A DNA stretch of 64,000 nucleotides from Centroscyllium fabricii (GCA_051313645.2 JBNRSN020000045.1:6324001-6388000); one strand, 5' to 3'; positions 1 to 13,249 are shown, counted from the stretch's first letter. The notes: generated by a model from the letters alone, not told the origin. Made by a program: numbers and translations.

Positions 1-614
1 ATGGATGCAATAAAACCGAGGGTGCCTTTCTCTGTCGATACAGTTTATATTAACACTCAAATGATAGCTGTGGATCTGGTTTCAGTGAGGAAAGGTTAAA
101 CTGTACTATGGACGTGACAGGCACCTCAGATGTAAGAACTAGAACAGCCTTCATATGAGAAGGGAGGAATAGTTTCACCACTTTAGAAAATTCCTATAAT
201 CATGGAACACTTGAATGTTCAATAGCCCATGGACCCACTGTATGACCACTGCAAAGACTACAGTAATAGGAGGAAGAATTGTCCTTGTAATAGCCTCGCA
301 TGGCCAAAAATTACCACAGGTAGAAGATGATTTTAGAATAAATCTACAAGATTATGTTTATATATTCTGATATGACATCCCTGAATTACCTGAAGCATTA
401 ACCGAGCTAACAGGTCAAGGGTGCAGCTTTCACACAATATTATTATAAATTGGTGCAAGGACAGAAATACACTGCTGACGGAATTCCAGACATCTAGATT
501 CAGACCCAATGGTGGGATATAGGAACAAATATGGACATTTCTCCTTTGATTAGAATAATGTCACATATGCTGGTCATAGCCCAACTCAAAGTACTAATAT
601 GCTTATTACTATAG
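1..614 (+). pseudogene. 3' part of decayed env-like ORF of an LTR retroelement (copy 1, truncated by window edge)
   Basis: Aligns with 40405-41012. Ends in QTQWWDIGTNMDISPLIRIMSHMLVIAQLKVLICLLL* (Trp-rich membrane-proximal region plus hydrophobic anchor). Stops and frameshifts upstream. Confidence 0.6.
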
Positions 615-826
615 ACCTGCTAACGGAAACACCTGATGCCTAATACACAATCACGTTTACATATGATCACAACCCAAAACAACTCAGAGTTCCACACATG
701 AGAGGGAACCAATCCATATGTAAGAGTTTAGTTTTGAGGGGTCGGCAAATGCCTCACACTTAATATAGTGATTGGAGAATAAGATTATTGTATGATTTAG
801 AAAAATATTTTTGTATATATTTAAGA

Positions 827-1516
827 TGTGAAAGTGTATGCCAAAAGTATGAAAGCCTGAATAAAATGGAGAATGACTGAGAGAAAAGCAGGATGGGAAA
901 ATAAGCCAATCTGACTGAAACTCGCTCTGTTTTCAGTTACTGAAGGAATGGAATGAAATGCTAAGTTTCTGGGGATTATCAGGAACGTGCTATTCAGTAA
1001 TGTGATAGAAAATTGATAAAATAAGCACCTCTCAGTGATAACATTACAAAATGGACAGATTGTTTGGACAACATCTTTGGAAATTATCTTTGGAAAGAGA
1101 ATATCGAAAGATAACAGGCACTTTGATATGAACAAAGTGTAGCCGAGTGGACTCAACAAGGTCATTAATCATGTACCAGGTTCCGGAGAGCTTTCTGCAG
1201 TCAGTAAGGCACAAGGGAAAACGTGTATAAAGTTACAGATATTGAACACTGAAGGCAGCACGAACCTTGAATCAGAGTTAAAGGACATTCAGTTTAGTGA
1301 TAGCAGCAAGAGGATAAACAGACCGCGCCTCCTTCACTCGGAAGGAATGCCAAAGCTCAAAAGAACAAGACTGTGACTATCTCCTTGTTAATTATTACTT
1401 CTCTGTGCTGTAATTTAACGCTTCATAAACCTGTTTTACATATACACAATATACCTGAACCCAGAGAGATTCGTGTAGTCACTGACAGATTATTATAAGA
1501 GCTTTTTAAACTTACA
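827..1516 (+). mobile_element. Putative 3' LTR of the env-bearing element (copy 1)
   Basis: About 690-bp block downstream of the env-like ORF, bounded by TGT...ACA, with an internal TATAAA. Near-identical block at 41220-41908. Confidence 0.5.
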
Positions 1517-2349
1517 ATATTGAAGGCGGCGTAGTTTTGGGGTCAGGATTAGGTGAATCTCTTTGTTTGCTCTGCGTTAAGGGAGCCGGATGGGACTGTC
1601 ACTAAACGGAAGAAGTAACTCGAGGGCGGGTCAGTGAGTGAGATTGGGAGGGAGAGATGGAAAAAGACATGTGGGAGCTGGAGGAGGGTCAGGAGCTGAG
1701 GGTTTGGGAAAGCTGACAAACTGAAGCAGCGGATGAGGAGACAGAAGATTCAATGCAGGGTGAGGAGAGAGTGGGCTTCACAGGGAGAGACTGCAGCAGA
1801 GTGTGAGAGGAAATCTGATTCATGATCCCCCAGCAGCACAACTCAAACAATGCATCCAACCATTAATTTGTGTGACTTTTCGTGCCAGTGAACAGCAGAC
1901 AGTGTACAAAATATCTTCTATTAATTTACTCAACACATTCAGTTTTTAAAAAGAAATCAATTAATTAAGTCAACCACGTTCATTACTGATTTCCGCTGAC
2001 CCAGTGTGCTTAAAATACAATATTCTAATAATCCATTACAATGAATAAATCACTTATTCTATTCGATAACTACATTTGTACAATCATTGAATCAGAAAAA
2101 TAAACATTCATCGAAACAAACTGGGGAAGTCATAGTGAAATGTTTTCACAATCTGTCAACATGCTAATATCAACTTCAAAGCTAATTTCTTCATCATAAC
2201 TGGACTGGAAGTTTCAGCAGATCATTCGGATGTATTAGTCACACCTCTGCCTCTCTCACTGTCTAGCTTAGGTTTACAAGGACTATAGCAGCAAAGCGAG
2301 GGGATAACTATCAGGATGAACATTCTTGGTCTATTTTCTTGAAAACATA

Positions 2350-2745
2350 TGTTTGATGTGTGACCTACAAGAGGGCTTTAAAATGATGACCGATTTAGAC
2401 AGCGTCGACACAGAGAGAGTGTATATAATGGTGGGAGGAGCTTATATCGAGACCACATCAATATAAGATATTCAACAAGAAAGCAGGCAGGAAATTCTGG
2501 AGAAACATCTTTCCCCAGAGTTTGGTGAGAATGTGGTAATCGCTATAACAGGGAGTGGTTGATGTGACTTGCAGCCATGCATTTCAATGGAGGCTAGATA
2601 AGCACATGAGCGAGAAGGGACCCGAGAGATATGTTAGTAGAGTTAGAGGAGGAAGGATGGGAGGGGGCTCGAGTGGAGAATAAATGCTGGCATGGACTGG
2701 TTGGGGAGGATGTCCTGTTTTTGTGCCTTGTATCATATGTAATCC
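2350..2745 (+). mobile_element. Old, decayed CR1-type LINE 3' end
   Basis: Degenerate match to the ORF2 C-terminus and 3'UTR of the younger CR1 copies in the window. The counterpart in copy B is split by insertions at 42818 and 45446. Confidence 0.55.
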
Positions 2746-3762
2746 TAACGATCTATCTTTTTCTATGTTCCTACCTCTATTAAAACCTCCCTCTCGTTCT
2801 CCTTCACTTTGCATGTCTCTATTGCTGCGCTCTATCTCCCCACATCGTCTCCCAACTCCTGCTCAAGACTCTATCCTGATTAGGTGTGTGTTCCATTAGT
2901 CAACCAAGTCTTCATCTGATCACCTAAATTGATCTGCAGTGCATGCAATCAACAGAACCGAATATCTCTACCAGAAAGAGTTGACAATAATTGAATTTAC
3001 TTCTCCTGTAATTATAAAGTCCAGCATTAGATGGCGCCGTTGTTCAATTAACTTCAAACCACAATCACCGCTGCTAATTATAATCTTCACAGCAACAGAA
3101 CGGCTCCTGATTGCAACAGATACAGTGCAAACTATTACAGCATAACCTCAAAACACTTCATTTTACAATGAAGTCCAGTGTCAGCAAGTGAATCCACCTT
3201 AACTGAATCAGAGAAGGAGATGTGATGGTGTCTGAAACAAACGCAGTTCAGTCGCCAGCCCTCTGAAGCGGAGTCACATATACACACAGCAAAAAAATAA
3301 TTCACAACAGTGAGAAACAATCACACAATTAAATCTAACATAAACTGCAACATGTTGCTGTGGAGGGAGGACACTGAGACGCTGAGCTGTCTCGATATGA
3401 ATCATTGAAAGCACAATTATGAAAAAAGATTAGAGGACAGCTGATTTCCAGAACATAAATCTGGCAACAGCTCCTGATGGTCTGATACCTGCTCTGAGCC
3501 AAGATTCCTGATTAACCTGATTCCAATATTTTCAGTAAAGGGAATGATCCAGTAACAATGCCAGGGTTGAATCCACACAGATCATTACAGATAAAGCAAT
3601 ACTCATACAAGACCACAAGAGCAGAGACTGAGGACATCCCATCATTCAGCTGCTGGAACGGAACAAGCGGCTGTGGAAAACATTCACCGAGTTAAACAAT
3701 ACCAAGCTCTGCAGCACAGTCAACACCGATTTACACCATTGACAGCTGAGATCCCCGCTTAC

Positions 3763-3832
3763 CGGTAACGCCAACGGCTGCAATAACAGGGTAATAAATG
3801 TCTTCTATCTGATAGATTACTGGATATCCCAT
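3763..3832 (-). CDS. Exon 1 of a second GPR139/GPR142-like GPCR paralog (exon 2 outside the window to the left)
   Basis: ATG at 3832. Encodes MGYPVIYQIEDIYYPVIAAVGVT+G followed by a GTAAG donor. 70 nt, same length and phase as 46879-46948, 21/23 aa identical. Confidence 0.88.
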
Positions 3833-3917
3833 TTCTGTGAGGAACAGCGACTTCTGTTGGAGAGGAACCCACAGCTCCGGCAGGCTGTCTGAGTTGATTC
3901 ATTCTACTGGGCCCTGA

Positions 3918-3923
3918 TTTATA
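3918..3923 (-). promoter_or_regulatory. TATA box of GPCR paralog
   Basis: TATAAA about 86 nt upstream of the ATG. Conserved at the same spacing in the other copy (47034-47039). Confidence 0.65.
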
Positions 3924-4169
3924 CAGGGGATCATCTCCACTGACGCTTAGAGGTTATACCTCTGAGCATTGCTGTTAGTTCCAGTCACCTAAACAAACAC
4001 ATTACATCAGGACGTTTGACGCCGATGTAAATGATGTGTTGAATAAAGCACAAACATCTCAAACTCCAGGACATTATCTTCATTTGACCGCACTTCGGAA
4101 TGAGGCTGACAGATGGGCTCATACAGGAACTTCCAACAATGTAAACCGATCCAACACTCTGCAGTGAAT

Positions 4170-5210
4170 GTCCAGCCCTCCCCAAGACTCGCTCGCCCAT
4201 CACACTCGCCCTCACTGAGTCACAGTGTCTCCCAATCTGCCAAATTATTACATTTAAAATTCCTAGCCATAGGTTTAATGTCCCTCAGCCCTCGCCCTCT
4301 CCACCTTCTCCTCCAACCCTGCAGTAAATCCACCCATGCTCTGTCCACACCTCTGCCACAGGCCTCTTTCGCTGGGACTGTCTTATCTTGGTCCCAATCT
4401 TACCAATCTGATGGAAACCAGAGAATCTCCTGCAATGGCTTCTCTTCCCGCACCAGCACCGTTCACTCTCGAATCTCTGAACTTTCCATTCATGCACCTT
4501 CCTCATCCTCCTTTAAATGCTGCCCTTTCTGACATTATCTACAGACCTGGGGTCAGATTCCACATGTCTGCTGACAACACCCAGCTCCAGCTCTACACCA
4601 TCTCTCCACACTCCACTACCTAAGTGTTGTCAGACTGCAACATGTCTACATGAGCTGGGATTTGCTCCAATTAAACATTGGACAGACCGAAGCCATTACT
4701 TTAGGCCCCAACACAAACTCAATATCATGGTCACCGACTCCATCCCCCTTGCTCGCTATTATCTCAGGTTGCTTATGACGTTTGAGGCCTCTGAGCCCTA
4801 TTCGTACCGGACATGACATTCCTCCCTCATACGCTCTCCATCATAGCTGGCTCTTCTTCCGACCCCATAACATCGCCAGTCTCTGCCCCTGCCTCAGCCC
4901 ATCTGCCCCTTTAACCCTCCATCCGGCATTTACCAGCTTCAGACCCTCAGTCCTCTCCTCTGACATTGCCCTCTCGGTGGGACCTCCATGTGCTTGCTTC
5001 TACGGTTAGAGTCTGATCAGCGCCAGATAATCTCCAGCAACGGCTTCTCTCACCCTCCACCACCCTCCACAGCACCGTTCACATTGATGACTCCAAAGTA
5101 TCTATCCTAGCTCTCATTTATTCCTCTTCTACATGCCTCCCGTTGAAGCTTCCAGTGACAGATATGGGACCAGCTCTTTGATATATGTTGATGACACCAG
5201 ATTTACCTGC
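4170..5210 (+). mobile_element. Decayed L2-clade LINE fragments
   Basis: GVRFHMSADNTQL (~4550) and YVDDT (~5185) resemble the L2 RT YADDTQLY motif, and FFRPHNIASLCPCLS resembles the L2 FHLRNIARLRP.LS block. Duplicated at ~47270-48360. Confidence 0.65.
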
Positions 5211-8200
5211 CTGTTCCTCTCTGTCTGACAGTGTCTCTGTCTATCTGTCTCAGGCTCCATCGAGGATTGTTTCTCTGTTTCTGTCTGTCTCTTTCTCTCT
5301 ATTTCTGACTCTCTCTCTGTTAGTTTATCTGTCTGTGTCCTTGTCTGAATCACACTGTCTCTATCTTTGTCACACTATCCATCTCTCTGTCCCCACTCAC
5401 TCGCTCTGTCCGTCTGTCTTTGTATCGCTCTTTCACTGTCTCTGTCTCCGGATGCCTGCCTCTGTCTGGCTGTCTCTGGATTCCTGTCTCCGTGTCTCTG
5501 TCTCATTCTGTCTGAAACTCTACATCTGTCTTTGTCAGTCGTGTTTGTATTTTTGCCTCTGTCTCTCTAGCACAGTCTGTCTGTCTCTGTCCATCTGTCT
5601 CCGTCTGTCTGATTTTGTCTGTCTATCTCGGTCGGGTCTGTCTGTCTGTATGTCTCTGTTTCATTATATCTGTCTTTCAATCTCGCTTTCTGTCTCTCGC
5701 TCACTCTGTCTCTCTCTCTCTGTCTCTCTCTCTGTTTTTATGTCATTGTGTGTCTGTCCATGTCCAGCAGCTCTGTCTCTCTGCCTGTCTCAGTTTACAT
5801 ATCTGTGTCCATCTGTGTCTTTGTTTCTCTTTCTCTGTCTGTCATAGTCTGCTAGTTGTTGTCAGTCTAGCACCCTCTGCTTGTCTGTATTTCTGTCTGT
5901 CTCCATATTTCCATATCTGTCGCAGTCCGCCTCTCTCTTTCTGACTGTGTCACTGAACGTCTGTCTCCGCATGTCGGTCTCATCCTCTTTCAGCTTGGTA
6001 ATCCCTGTCCGTCTGTCTCTGTTTGTCTGTCACTGTCTGTCTCACTGTTTGCCTCTGTATGTCTATATCTCTGTCTGTCTCTGTGTTTGACTGCCACTCT
6101 CTGTCGGTCTCCGTCCTTTTTTGTTTTTATCCATTTGCCACTAACTCTCTGACTGTCTCTGTGCTTGTTAGTTTCTGTCTGACTGTCCTTAACTCTCTGT
6201 CTGCCTCTATGCTTTTCTCTGTCTGTCTCTGTCTCTCTCTTTCTTTGTGTCACAGTTTGATTGTGTCTGGCTGTGTCTGTCTCTCTCTGTCTGCCTGTCT
6301 ATATCTGTCTCTGTATCTTTGTTTGCATCAGTCTGCCTCAAGCTCTGTCTGTCTCTGCATCTGTCTGTCTTTATATAGACTGTCTGTTTCTTCTTTCTGT
6401 CTCTGTTTATCTGCGTCTATCTGCCTGTCGCTGTCTGTATCTGTCCCTTTCTGTCAGTCCGTCTCTGTCTGTCAGTCAGATTCTATCTGTCTCTCTGTAT
6501 CTCTGGCACTCTGTCTCTCTGACTCTGTCTCTCTGTCATTGTCACAGTTTGTCTCTGTCTGTCTTTATTCCTGTGTACATCTGTCTATTTTTGTATGCCA
6601 GTCTCTGTTTTTCTGACCCAGGCTCGTTGTCTGTCTCTGTCTCCTGTCCGCCTTATGCCCGTCTGTTCGCCCTCTATGACCCTCACTGACTCTCTCTGAC
6701 TCTCTCTCTCTCTGTCTCTCTGTTTCTCACTTTCTGTTGCTGACTGTGCCTCGGTCTGTCTTCGTCATTGTCTTGTTGGTCTGCATTTGCCTGACAGTCT
6801 CTGTCTCTCAGACTACCTCTGGTGACTCTGTCAGTCTGAGGATTATTCTCTCTGTACCTCTGCATATCTGATATGATTGTCTGTCCCTCTGCCTGCATGT
6901 CTCTCTCTCTCTCTATGCCTGTCTATCTCTGTCTGTCTGTCTGACTGACTCGGTCTCTTTATCTGCTGTCTCTGGCTCTGTGAGTCTGTTTCTGTCATTT
7001 TCTGTCTGTCTGAGTCTGATCCATATATTCCAGTCTCTGTAGGTCCTTTTCTCTCTGTCACACACTGTACTTTCTGTCATTGTCTGTCTTAGTATGTGTG
7101 TATGCCTCTGTCACCATCTGCCGGACTGGCTCTATCTCTCTGTATATCCCTTTCTGATCTTCATCTCAATGTGCGCCTCTGACCGTTTCTCAGTCTGTAA
7201 CAGTCTGCTTTTCTGTGTCTCTGTCTGTCCCTGTATATCGCTGTTTGCCTCTCGGTCTGTCTTCCTCTCTTTATGTGTCTGACTTCCATTTTTGTGCTTG
7301 TGTATCACTGTCTGTTTGTCTCTGTCTCTCTGGCTGCTCATTTCACTTTATTTTTATCTGTCTCTAATTGTTTCTGTCTGTGTCTCTGACTGACAGTCTA
7401 TATGTTTCGCTCTGTGTCTGTTTCCATCTGTCTGCCTGATTCTGTATGAATTCCAGCCTCTCTCTCTGTGTGTCTGTCTCTCTATATCCATGTCTCTGTG
7501 TCTCTGTGTGTTACTGTGTCTCTGACTCTCCATCTCTCGGTCTGCCTCTTTCTATCTGTCTCACTCTCTCTCTGTCTATCTCACTGTCTCTGAATGCCAT
7601 CTACCTGTGTCTCTGTGCCTGTCTATTTCTGAAGTCTCAACATCTCTGTGAATTTCTCATTTTTCCGTCTGCTTGTCTCTCTGTCTGCCTGTCTGCCTGT
7701 CTGCCTGTCTCTCTGTCTATCTCTTTCTGTATGTCCCTGACTCTGTGTATCTCTATCTGCCTGTCACTCTATGTCTCTTTGCCTGTCTCTATCTGTCTGC
7801 CTCGCCATCTCTAATCTTTCTGATGTCTCCGTCTGCCTGTCTCTCTGTCTGCCGGTCTATATGTCTACCTGTCTCTCTGTCTATCTCTTTCTGTCTGTCT
7901 CTGTATGTCTGTGTCTCTATCTGCCTGTCTCTCTATGTCTCTGTGCCTGGCTCTATGTGTCTGTCTCTCAATCACCCTGTCTTTTTAATGTCTCCATTTG
8001 CTTGTCCCTCTGTCTGCCTGTCTCTATGCCTGCCTGTCACTCTGTCTGCATCTCAGTCTGCCTGTCTCTATGTCTCCATGTCTCTGTCTCTCTTACTGCC
8101 TGCTTGTATCGGTTTCCCTATCTGCCTCTCTCTGCCTGACGGTCTGTATATCTTCCCTATGTCTCTCTCTGCCTCTCTGCCTGTCTTTCACTCTCTCTCT

Positions 8201-8900
8201 GCTGCTCTGTCTCCCTCTGTCACTATGTCTGTCTGTATGTATGTCTGTCTATCTTTCTCTGTGTCTCTGCATTTCTGTGACACGGTAACTGTCTCTCTCT
8301 GTCTGTCTCCGTGTTCGGCTGTCACTGTATTTCTGCCTCTTTCACTTTGTTTGCATCTGTCACTAAGTTTATCTCTGTCTCTGTCTGAATGCCTGCATGA
8401 CTCACATTGTATCCGTCACTGTCTCTCTCTCTGATTCTCTGTCTCTCTCTCCCTGTCTGTCCCTGTCTCTCTCCTTCTCTCTCTGGCTCTAACGTACAGT
8501 CTCTCTATCTGTTTTCTCTCTATCTGTCTCTTTCTCTCTGTCTGTGGCTTTGTGTCTCTGCATGCCTGTCTCTGTCTTTCTCTCTATTTCTCTGTCTCTG
8601 AATGTCTCTCTGTCTCTCTCTCTGACCCACTTTCTGTCTCTCTCTGACTCTCTCTGTCTCTGTCTCTCTCGGACCATTTTTCTGCCTCTCTCTCTGACTC
8701 TCTTTATCTGTCTCTGACTCTCTATGAACATCATTCTGTCTCTCTATGACTCTCTATCTGTCTCGCAATTGGCTCACTCGGCCTCTCGCTATTTGTTTCT
8801 CTCTCAGTCTTTCTCTCTCTTTCTGTCTGTCTCTCTCTGGCTCTCTTACTGTCTCTCTGTATCTGTCTCTCTCTGTCTCGCTCTCTGCCGCTCTGCGCCA
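5210..8900. repeat. CT-rich low-complexity tract (TCTG/TCTC degenerate microsatellite)
   Basis: About 3.7 kb of degenerate (TCTG)n/(TC)n. Source of the spurious S/L/C/V-rich ORFs. Confidence 0.95.
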
Positions 8901-8904
8901 GAGT

Positions 8905-9277
8905 GTCCGACAGGGTGGCGCAGTGGTTAGCACTGCTGCATCGCAATAAGGAACTCCTGATTTCGAATTGTGCTTGGCCCGGGACTTTTCTGCGTGGAGT
9001 TTGCATGTTTTACCCGTGTTCATGAGGGTTTCTTCCGGGTACTCCGGTTTCTCCCACCACCCAAAGACATGCAGTTTAGTAGAATTGGAAATACTAAAAA
9101 TTGTCCATGAGTATGTGTGTGCGAGATATATTACTTAGAGTTGGGGTTTTCTGGTTATAGGTTGTGAGGGTGGGAGGGGGGAGCTGGGTTTGGATAATCA
9201 GCCATCATCTCACCAAAATGGCGGAGCAGGTTCGAAGGGCCAAATGGTTTACTCATGCTCCTATCTTCTGTGTTGCT
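8905..9277 (+). mobile_element. tRNA-derived SINE with V-domain and CR1-type tail (HE1-like)
   Basis: A-box TGGCGCAGTGG, V-domain-like GTGGAGTTTGCATGTT...CCGGTTTCTCCCAC, and a 3' end ATGGCGGAGCAGGTTCGAAGGGCCAAATGG shared with CR1 tails in the window. Confidence 0.85.
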
Positions 9278-9386
9278 ATTTATTTCTGTCTGTCTGTTTT
9301 GCTCTGATTATCTGTCTCTGTCTCCTTCCCTCTGTCTCTGCCTTTATGTCTCAGCTTGCCTGTCTCTGCTTGTCTCTCTATTTATT

Positions 9387-9972
9387 GATCTCACCTGGTC
9401 ACTAAACACCTCCTCTCTGGTTAAGAAGGCCCAACAGCGCCTGTACTTCCTAAGGAAGCTGAAGAAAGCCAGGCTGTCATCCGGCATCCTCTCCAACTTC
9501 TACCGCTGCACAATAGAAAGCATACTGACAAGCTGCATCACTGTCTGGTATGGTAATTGCACTATCTCGGACCGGAAAACACTGCAGCGGGTAGTCAAAA
9601 CTGCCCAAAGAATCACCGGTACACAGCTACCGTCAATGGAAAGCATCTACCTCAAACGCTGCTTACGGAGGTCTCTGAACATTATTAAAGACCCCAGCCA
9701 CAGTCTGTTCGCCCCCCTGCCCTCCGGGAGACGCTACAGAGCAATTCACACCCGTACGACTAGATTTCAGAACAGCTTCTTCCCCAGGGCTGTCAGCCTT
9801 CTGAACTCTAAAAAGAAACTCCGGTACCTGCACGCCTGACAATGTACTTTATTGTATGCAATTTGCATGTAATTTATTTGCACTACTCTCGGGGGAGTCG
9901 AGTCTTCGTCTCGTTGTATTGTACTAGTACTCTGCAATGACAATAAAATTTGAATTGAATTGAATTGAATTG
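9387..9972 (+). mobile_element. 5'-truncated Rex1/Babar-like LINE with (TTGAA)n tail
   Basis: ORF DLTWSLNTSSLVKKAQQRLYFLRKLKKA...SGRRYR...NSFFPRAV is typical of the Rex1 RT C-terminus. Ends in TTGAA repeats. Related copy at 58546-59672 (-). Confidence 0.88.
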
Positions 9973-9974
9973 AA

Positions 9975-10302
9975 TGATTGTCTAGCTGTCTCTGTCTGTC
10001 CATCTCTATATGTCTGCCTCTGTCTCTCTGGCTGCCAATTTCACTTGTTTGTATCTGTCTCTAAATGTGTCTCTCTCTACCTCTGTCCCTGTCGCTCTCT
10101 CTCTCTCTGTTTCTGTCTCCGTCTGTCTGCCTCTCTGTTTCTGTCAGCGTCAGTCTATCTCTTTCTCTCTCTTTCTCTGTCTCCTTCTCTCTGACTCTGT
10201 CTTTGGGTCTCTGCATGCCTTTCAATCCATCTCTGTATGTGTCTGTCTCTCTAGGTCTGTGTCTGTGTCTCGATGTTTCTCTGTCTCTGTCTGTCTGTGT
10301 GT
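9975..10302. repeat. CT-rich low-complexity tract (continuation)
   Basis: Same TCTG/TC composition as 5210-8900. Confidence 0.9.
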
Positions 10303-10790
10303 CATAGAATCATTGAACGATACAGCACAGAAAGAGGCCATTTAAGCCCACCGTGACCGCTCCAGCTAACAAAGAACTATCCAGTTTGATCCCACTTCCC
10401 AATTCTTGGTCCGTAGCCCTGCAGCTTAGAGCATCGCAAGTGCACTTCCAAGTACTTTTTAAATGTGGATAGGGTTCCTGCCTCTACCACCCTTTCAGGC
10501 AGAGACCTAGTGGAACTTCCCTGAACAGTCTACCATGCAAGTACATCATTCCTTAAATAAGGTGACCGTGACTGTCCGCAGTACTCCAGGCGTGGTCTCA
10601 CCAATGCCCTGTACAGTTCTAACAGGACATCCCTGCCTTTATACTCCGTTCCCTTTGCAATAAAGGCCAACCCTCCATTTGCCTTCCTAATTACTTGCTG
10701 TTCCTGCATGCTAACTTTTTGTGTTTCATGCACACGGACACCCAGATCCCTCTGTACCTCAGCATTTTGTAATCTCTCATTTTGCAGCAA
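10303..10790 (-). mobile_element. CR1 LINE fragment(s)
   Basis: QRDLGVRVH...LYRALVRPRLEYC motif and a CR1 3' tail on the minus strand, with an internal deletion. Confidence 0.8.
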
Positions 10791-11889
10791 GTATTAGTAC
10801 AGGTTCAATCTCTCTCTACACGGTGCCATCAAATTCTCCCAGGGCAAGTACAGCACGATAAAAGCTCCCGCTACCCAATCCCACCACACACACCCATGGC
10901 AGGCACAGCACAGACCATCACATTTGTTATTTCCTCCCATTTCCCCCTTTCAGCCATGATCTCATTGAATGGCGGAGCAGGCTCGAGGGGCCGAATGGCA
11001 TACTCCTGCTCCTATCTTCTATGTTTCCCTGCCTCTGTACTTGCTTAAATACTGTAACAATTTCCTGTTATGATGAAGGGTCATCAAACTGAATCATTAA
11101 CTCGGTTCCTCTATCCACAGATGCTGCTTGACCTGCTGAGTAATGTTCCCTGGAAGGTGCGTGGGTGCGCGGCGATCTGTAAGGTCTTGTGCACTGAAAT
11201 TCAGAGGTGGCACAGTGAGCTGGAGCGTGCGGAGGGGCCCAATACCCAATGACCCGCGAATGCTCACAGAGCTGTTTGTGAGCGCGCACAGCCGATCCAA
11301 ATTGGAACAACATTTACTGAGATACGGAGCCCTGGAACCCGGCGAGGGTTGTCTCAGGTTCTTTTCCGTACCTTTTCCGCGGAGATGCGTGTAGCCCCTC
11401 CCCGGGGACTGAGAAGTGGCTGCACTTTGCAACAACACAGGTGGAGGTGCAGCACGTATATATTGGTACGATGGCTGCTGGAAGGAGGCGAAAGCAAACA
11501 TTTCTTAGCCCCTCGGTGGAACAAAAATATGAGCATATTTTTTTGATTCAGAAAATTGTTTCAAGTCGGAAAACGATATGGGAAAGTGATGTTGAATGTT
11601 TAGTGGTAAGCTCCAGTTCAATTTTGCCAGCGCTCATTCTCTTTTTGAAACAGTTTATCATGGTTATTTAAATCAGGTTGTGAGAAAGGGAAAATGATTT
11701 TGCTCCGTCAGTACCTCCGAGTCACAGAGATGGAACCACATGGTTTATATAATAAAGCTCTCGCTACACTGCCGCATCAAACACTGCCACCCTAACCTCA
11801 GCGCCTTCTTATGAAGTTTAATCACTTTATTCACTTTCTGATTTGAGCACCGTTCAGCACTGGTTAGCTGCAGAGTAAAGCTGAGGCTA

Positions 11890-12812
11890 TGGGCAGCGTA
11901 GAGGGAGTTTTACTGTGTATAGAACCCGTGCTGAACCTGCCCTGGGAGTGTTTGATGGGACATGCAGAGAGAGCTTTACTCGATATCTAACCCGTGCTGT
12001 ACCAGCCCTGGGAGTGATGATGGTACAGTGTAGAGGGAGCTTTACTCTGTATATAACCCGAGCTGTATCTGCCCCGAAGTGTTTTTTGGGACAGTGTAGA
12101 GGGAGCTTTACTCTGTATCTAACCCGTGCTGAACCTGCCCTGGGAGTGTTTGATGGGATCGTGTAGAGGGAGCTTTACTCTCGCACACACACTGAAATAT
12201 ACACACGCACACACACTGAAACATGCACATGCACACACTGAAATATACAAACGCACACTGAAACATGCACACGCACACACACTGAAAAATACACACGCAC
12301 ACACTCTGAAAAATTCATATGGAACAGTGTAGAGGGAACTTTACTCTGCATCTAAACCGCCCTGAACCTGCCCTGGGAGTGTTTGATGGGACAGTGCAGA
12401 GAGAGGTGTACTCTGTATCTAACCCGTGCTGTACCTGCGCAGGGAGTGTTTGATGGCACACTGTAGAGGGAGCTTTACTCTGTGTATAACCCATGCTGAA
12501 CCTGCCCTGGGAGTGATGATGGGACAGTGTAGAGGAAGCTTTACTCTGTATCTATCTCATTGTGTACCTGCCCCAGGAGTGTTGGATGGGACAGTGTACG
12601 GGGAGCTTTACTCTGTATCTAACTCCTGCTTTACCTGCACTCGGAGTGTTTAATGGGACAGTGCAGAGAGGGATCTTTACTCTGTATCGAAACTGTGCTG
12701 TACCTGCCCTGGGAGTGATGATGGGACAGTGTAGAGAGACCTTTACTCTGTACCTAACCGGTGCTGTACCTGCCCTGGGAATGTTTGATGGGACAGTGCA
12801 GAGGGAGCTTTT
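11890..12812. repeat. ~67-bp minisatellite array 1, interrupted by a CA-rich ~22-bp repeat at 12182-12320
   Basis: Unit CTTTACTCTGTATCTAACCCGTGCTGTACCTGCCCTGGGAGTGTTTGATGGGACAGTGTAGAGGGAG. Isolated reverse copies at ~10800-10870 and ~11750-11790. Confidence 0.92.
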
Positions 12813-13000
12813 TAACTATGGGAGGCACACCAGGCAGGCACATGGCTGCTTGCATTAAGGGCTAATCGAATATGGGAGGCGCATCAGTCAAACGCTTGGC
12901 TGCATATATTAAGGGCCATTCAACTATGGGAGGCGCATCAGCCAAGCACATGGCTGCATACATTAAGGGCTATTCAACTATGGGAGGCACATGGCTTCAC
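12813..13000. repeat. ~54-bp tandem repeat, about 3.5 copies
   Basis: Unit approx. AACTATGGGAGGCGCATCAGCCAAGCACATGGCTGCATACATTAAGGGCTATTC. Confidence 0.85.
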
Positions 13001-13249
13001 ATTCACTCAGATGCTGTCCTTTTTCTTGCAGGCCAAGCTCTCTCATAACAGGCGGGAGCAGCAACGCACGGGAGGTGGACGGGCTGATCTACACACCCTC
13101 ACTAATTTGGAGGCGAGAGTGCACAGGATCGTTGTCAGCCAGGTCAATGCAACTTACTAACTGTCTCCAGTCCTTGCTCCCTTACTGCCCCCCTGTCCTC
13201 ATGCTGAAGCCAATCTTGTACCTCCCTGCTTTCAGATGGTGAACCAGAT

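Larger units (their letters stand above)
1..5833. repeat. Segmental (tandem) duplication, copy A; copy B is ~40405-54735
   Basis: Collinear similarity over the env remnant, LTR, intronic unique DNA, GPCR exon 1, promoter, L2 remnants and the start of the CT tract. Copy B is longer because of CR1, SINE and Gypsy insertions. Confidence 0.95.

Noticed and set aside
5185-8930. Long Ser/Leu/Cys/Val-rich ORFs (up to 253 aa) and Arg/Glu-rich antisense ORFs
   Set aside because: Artefacts of stop-poor TCTG/TC low-complexity DNA. The same applies to 27312-28049 and 48289-48891.
8905-8980. tRNA genes at SINE heads (also ~44420-44487, ~45690-45761, ~57085-57143)
   Set aside because: A/B-box-like heads run directly into V-domain and LINE-derived tails, and I saw no complete cloverleaf.
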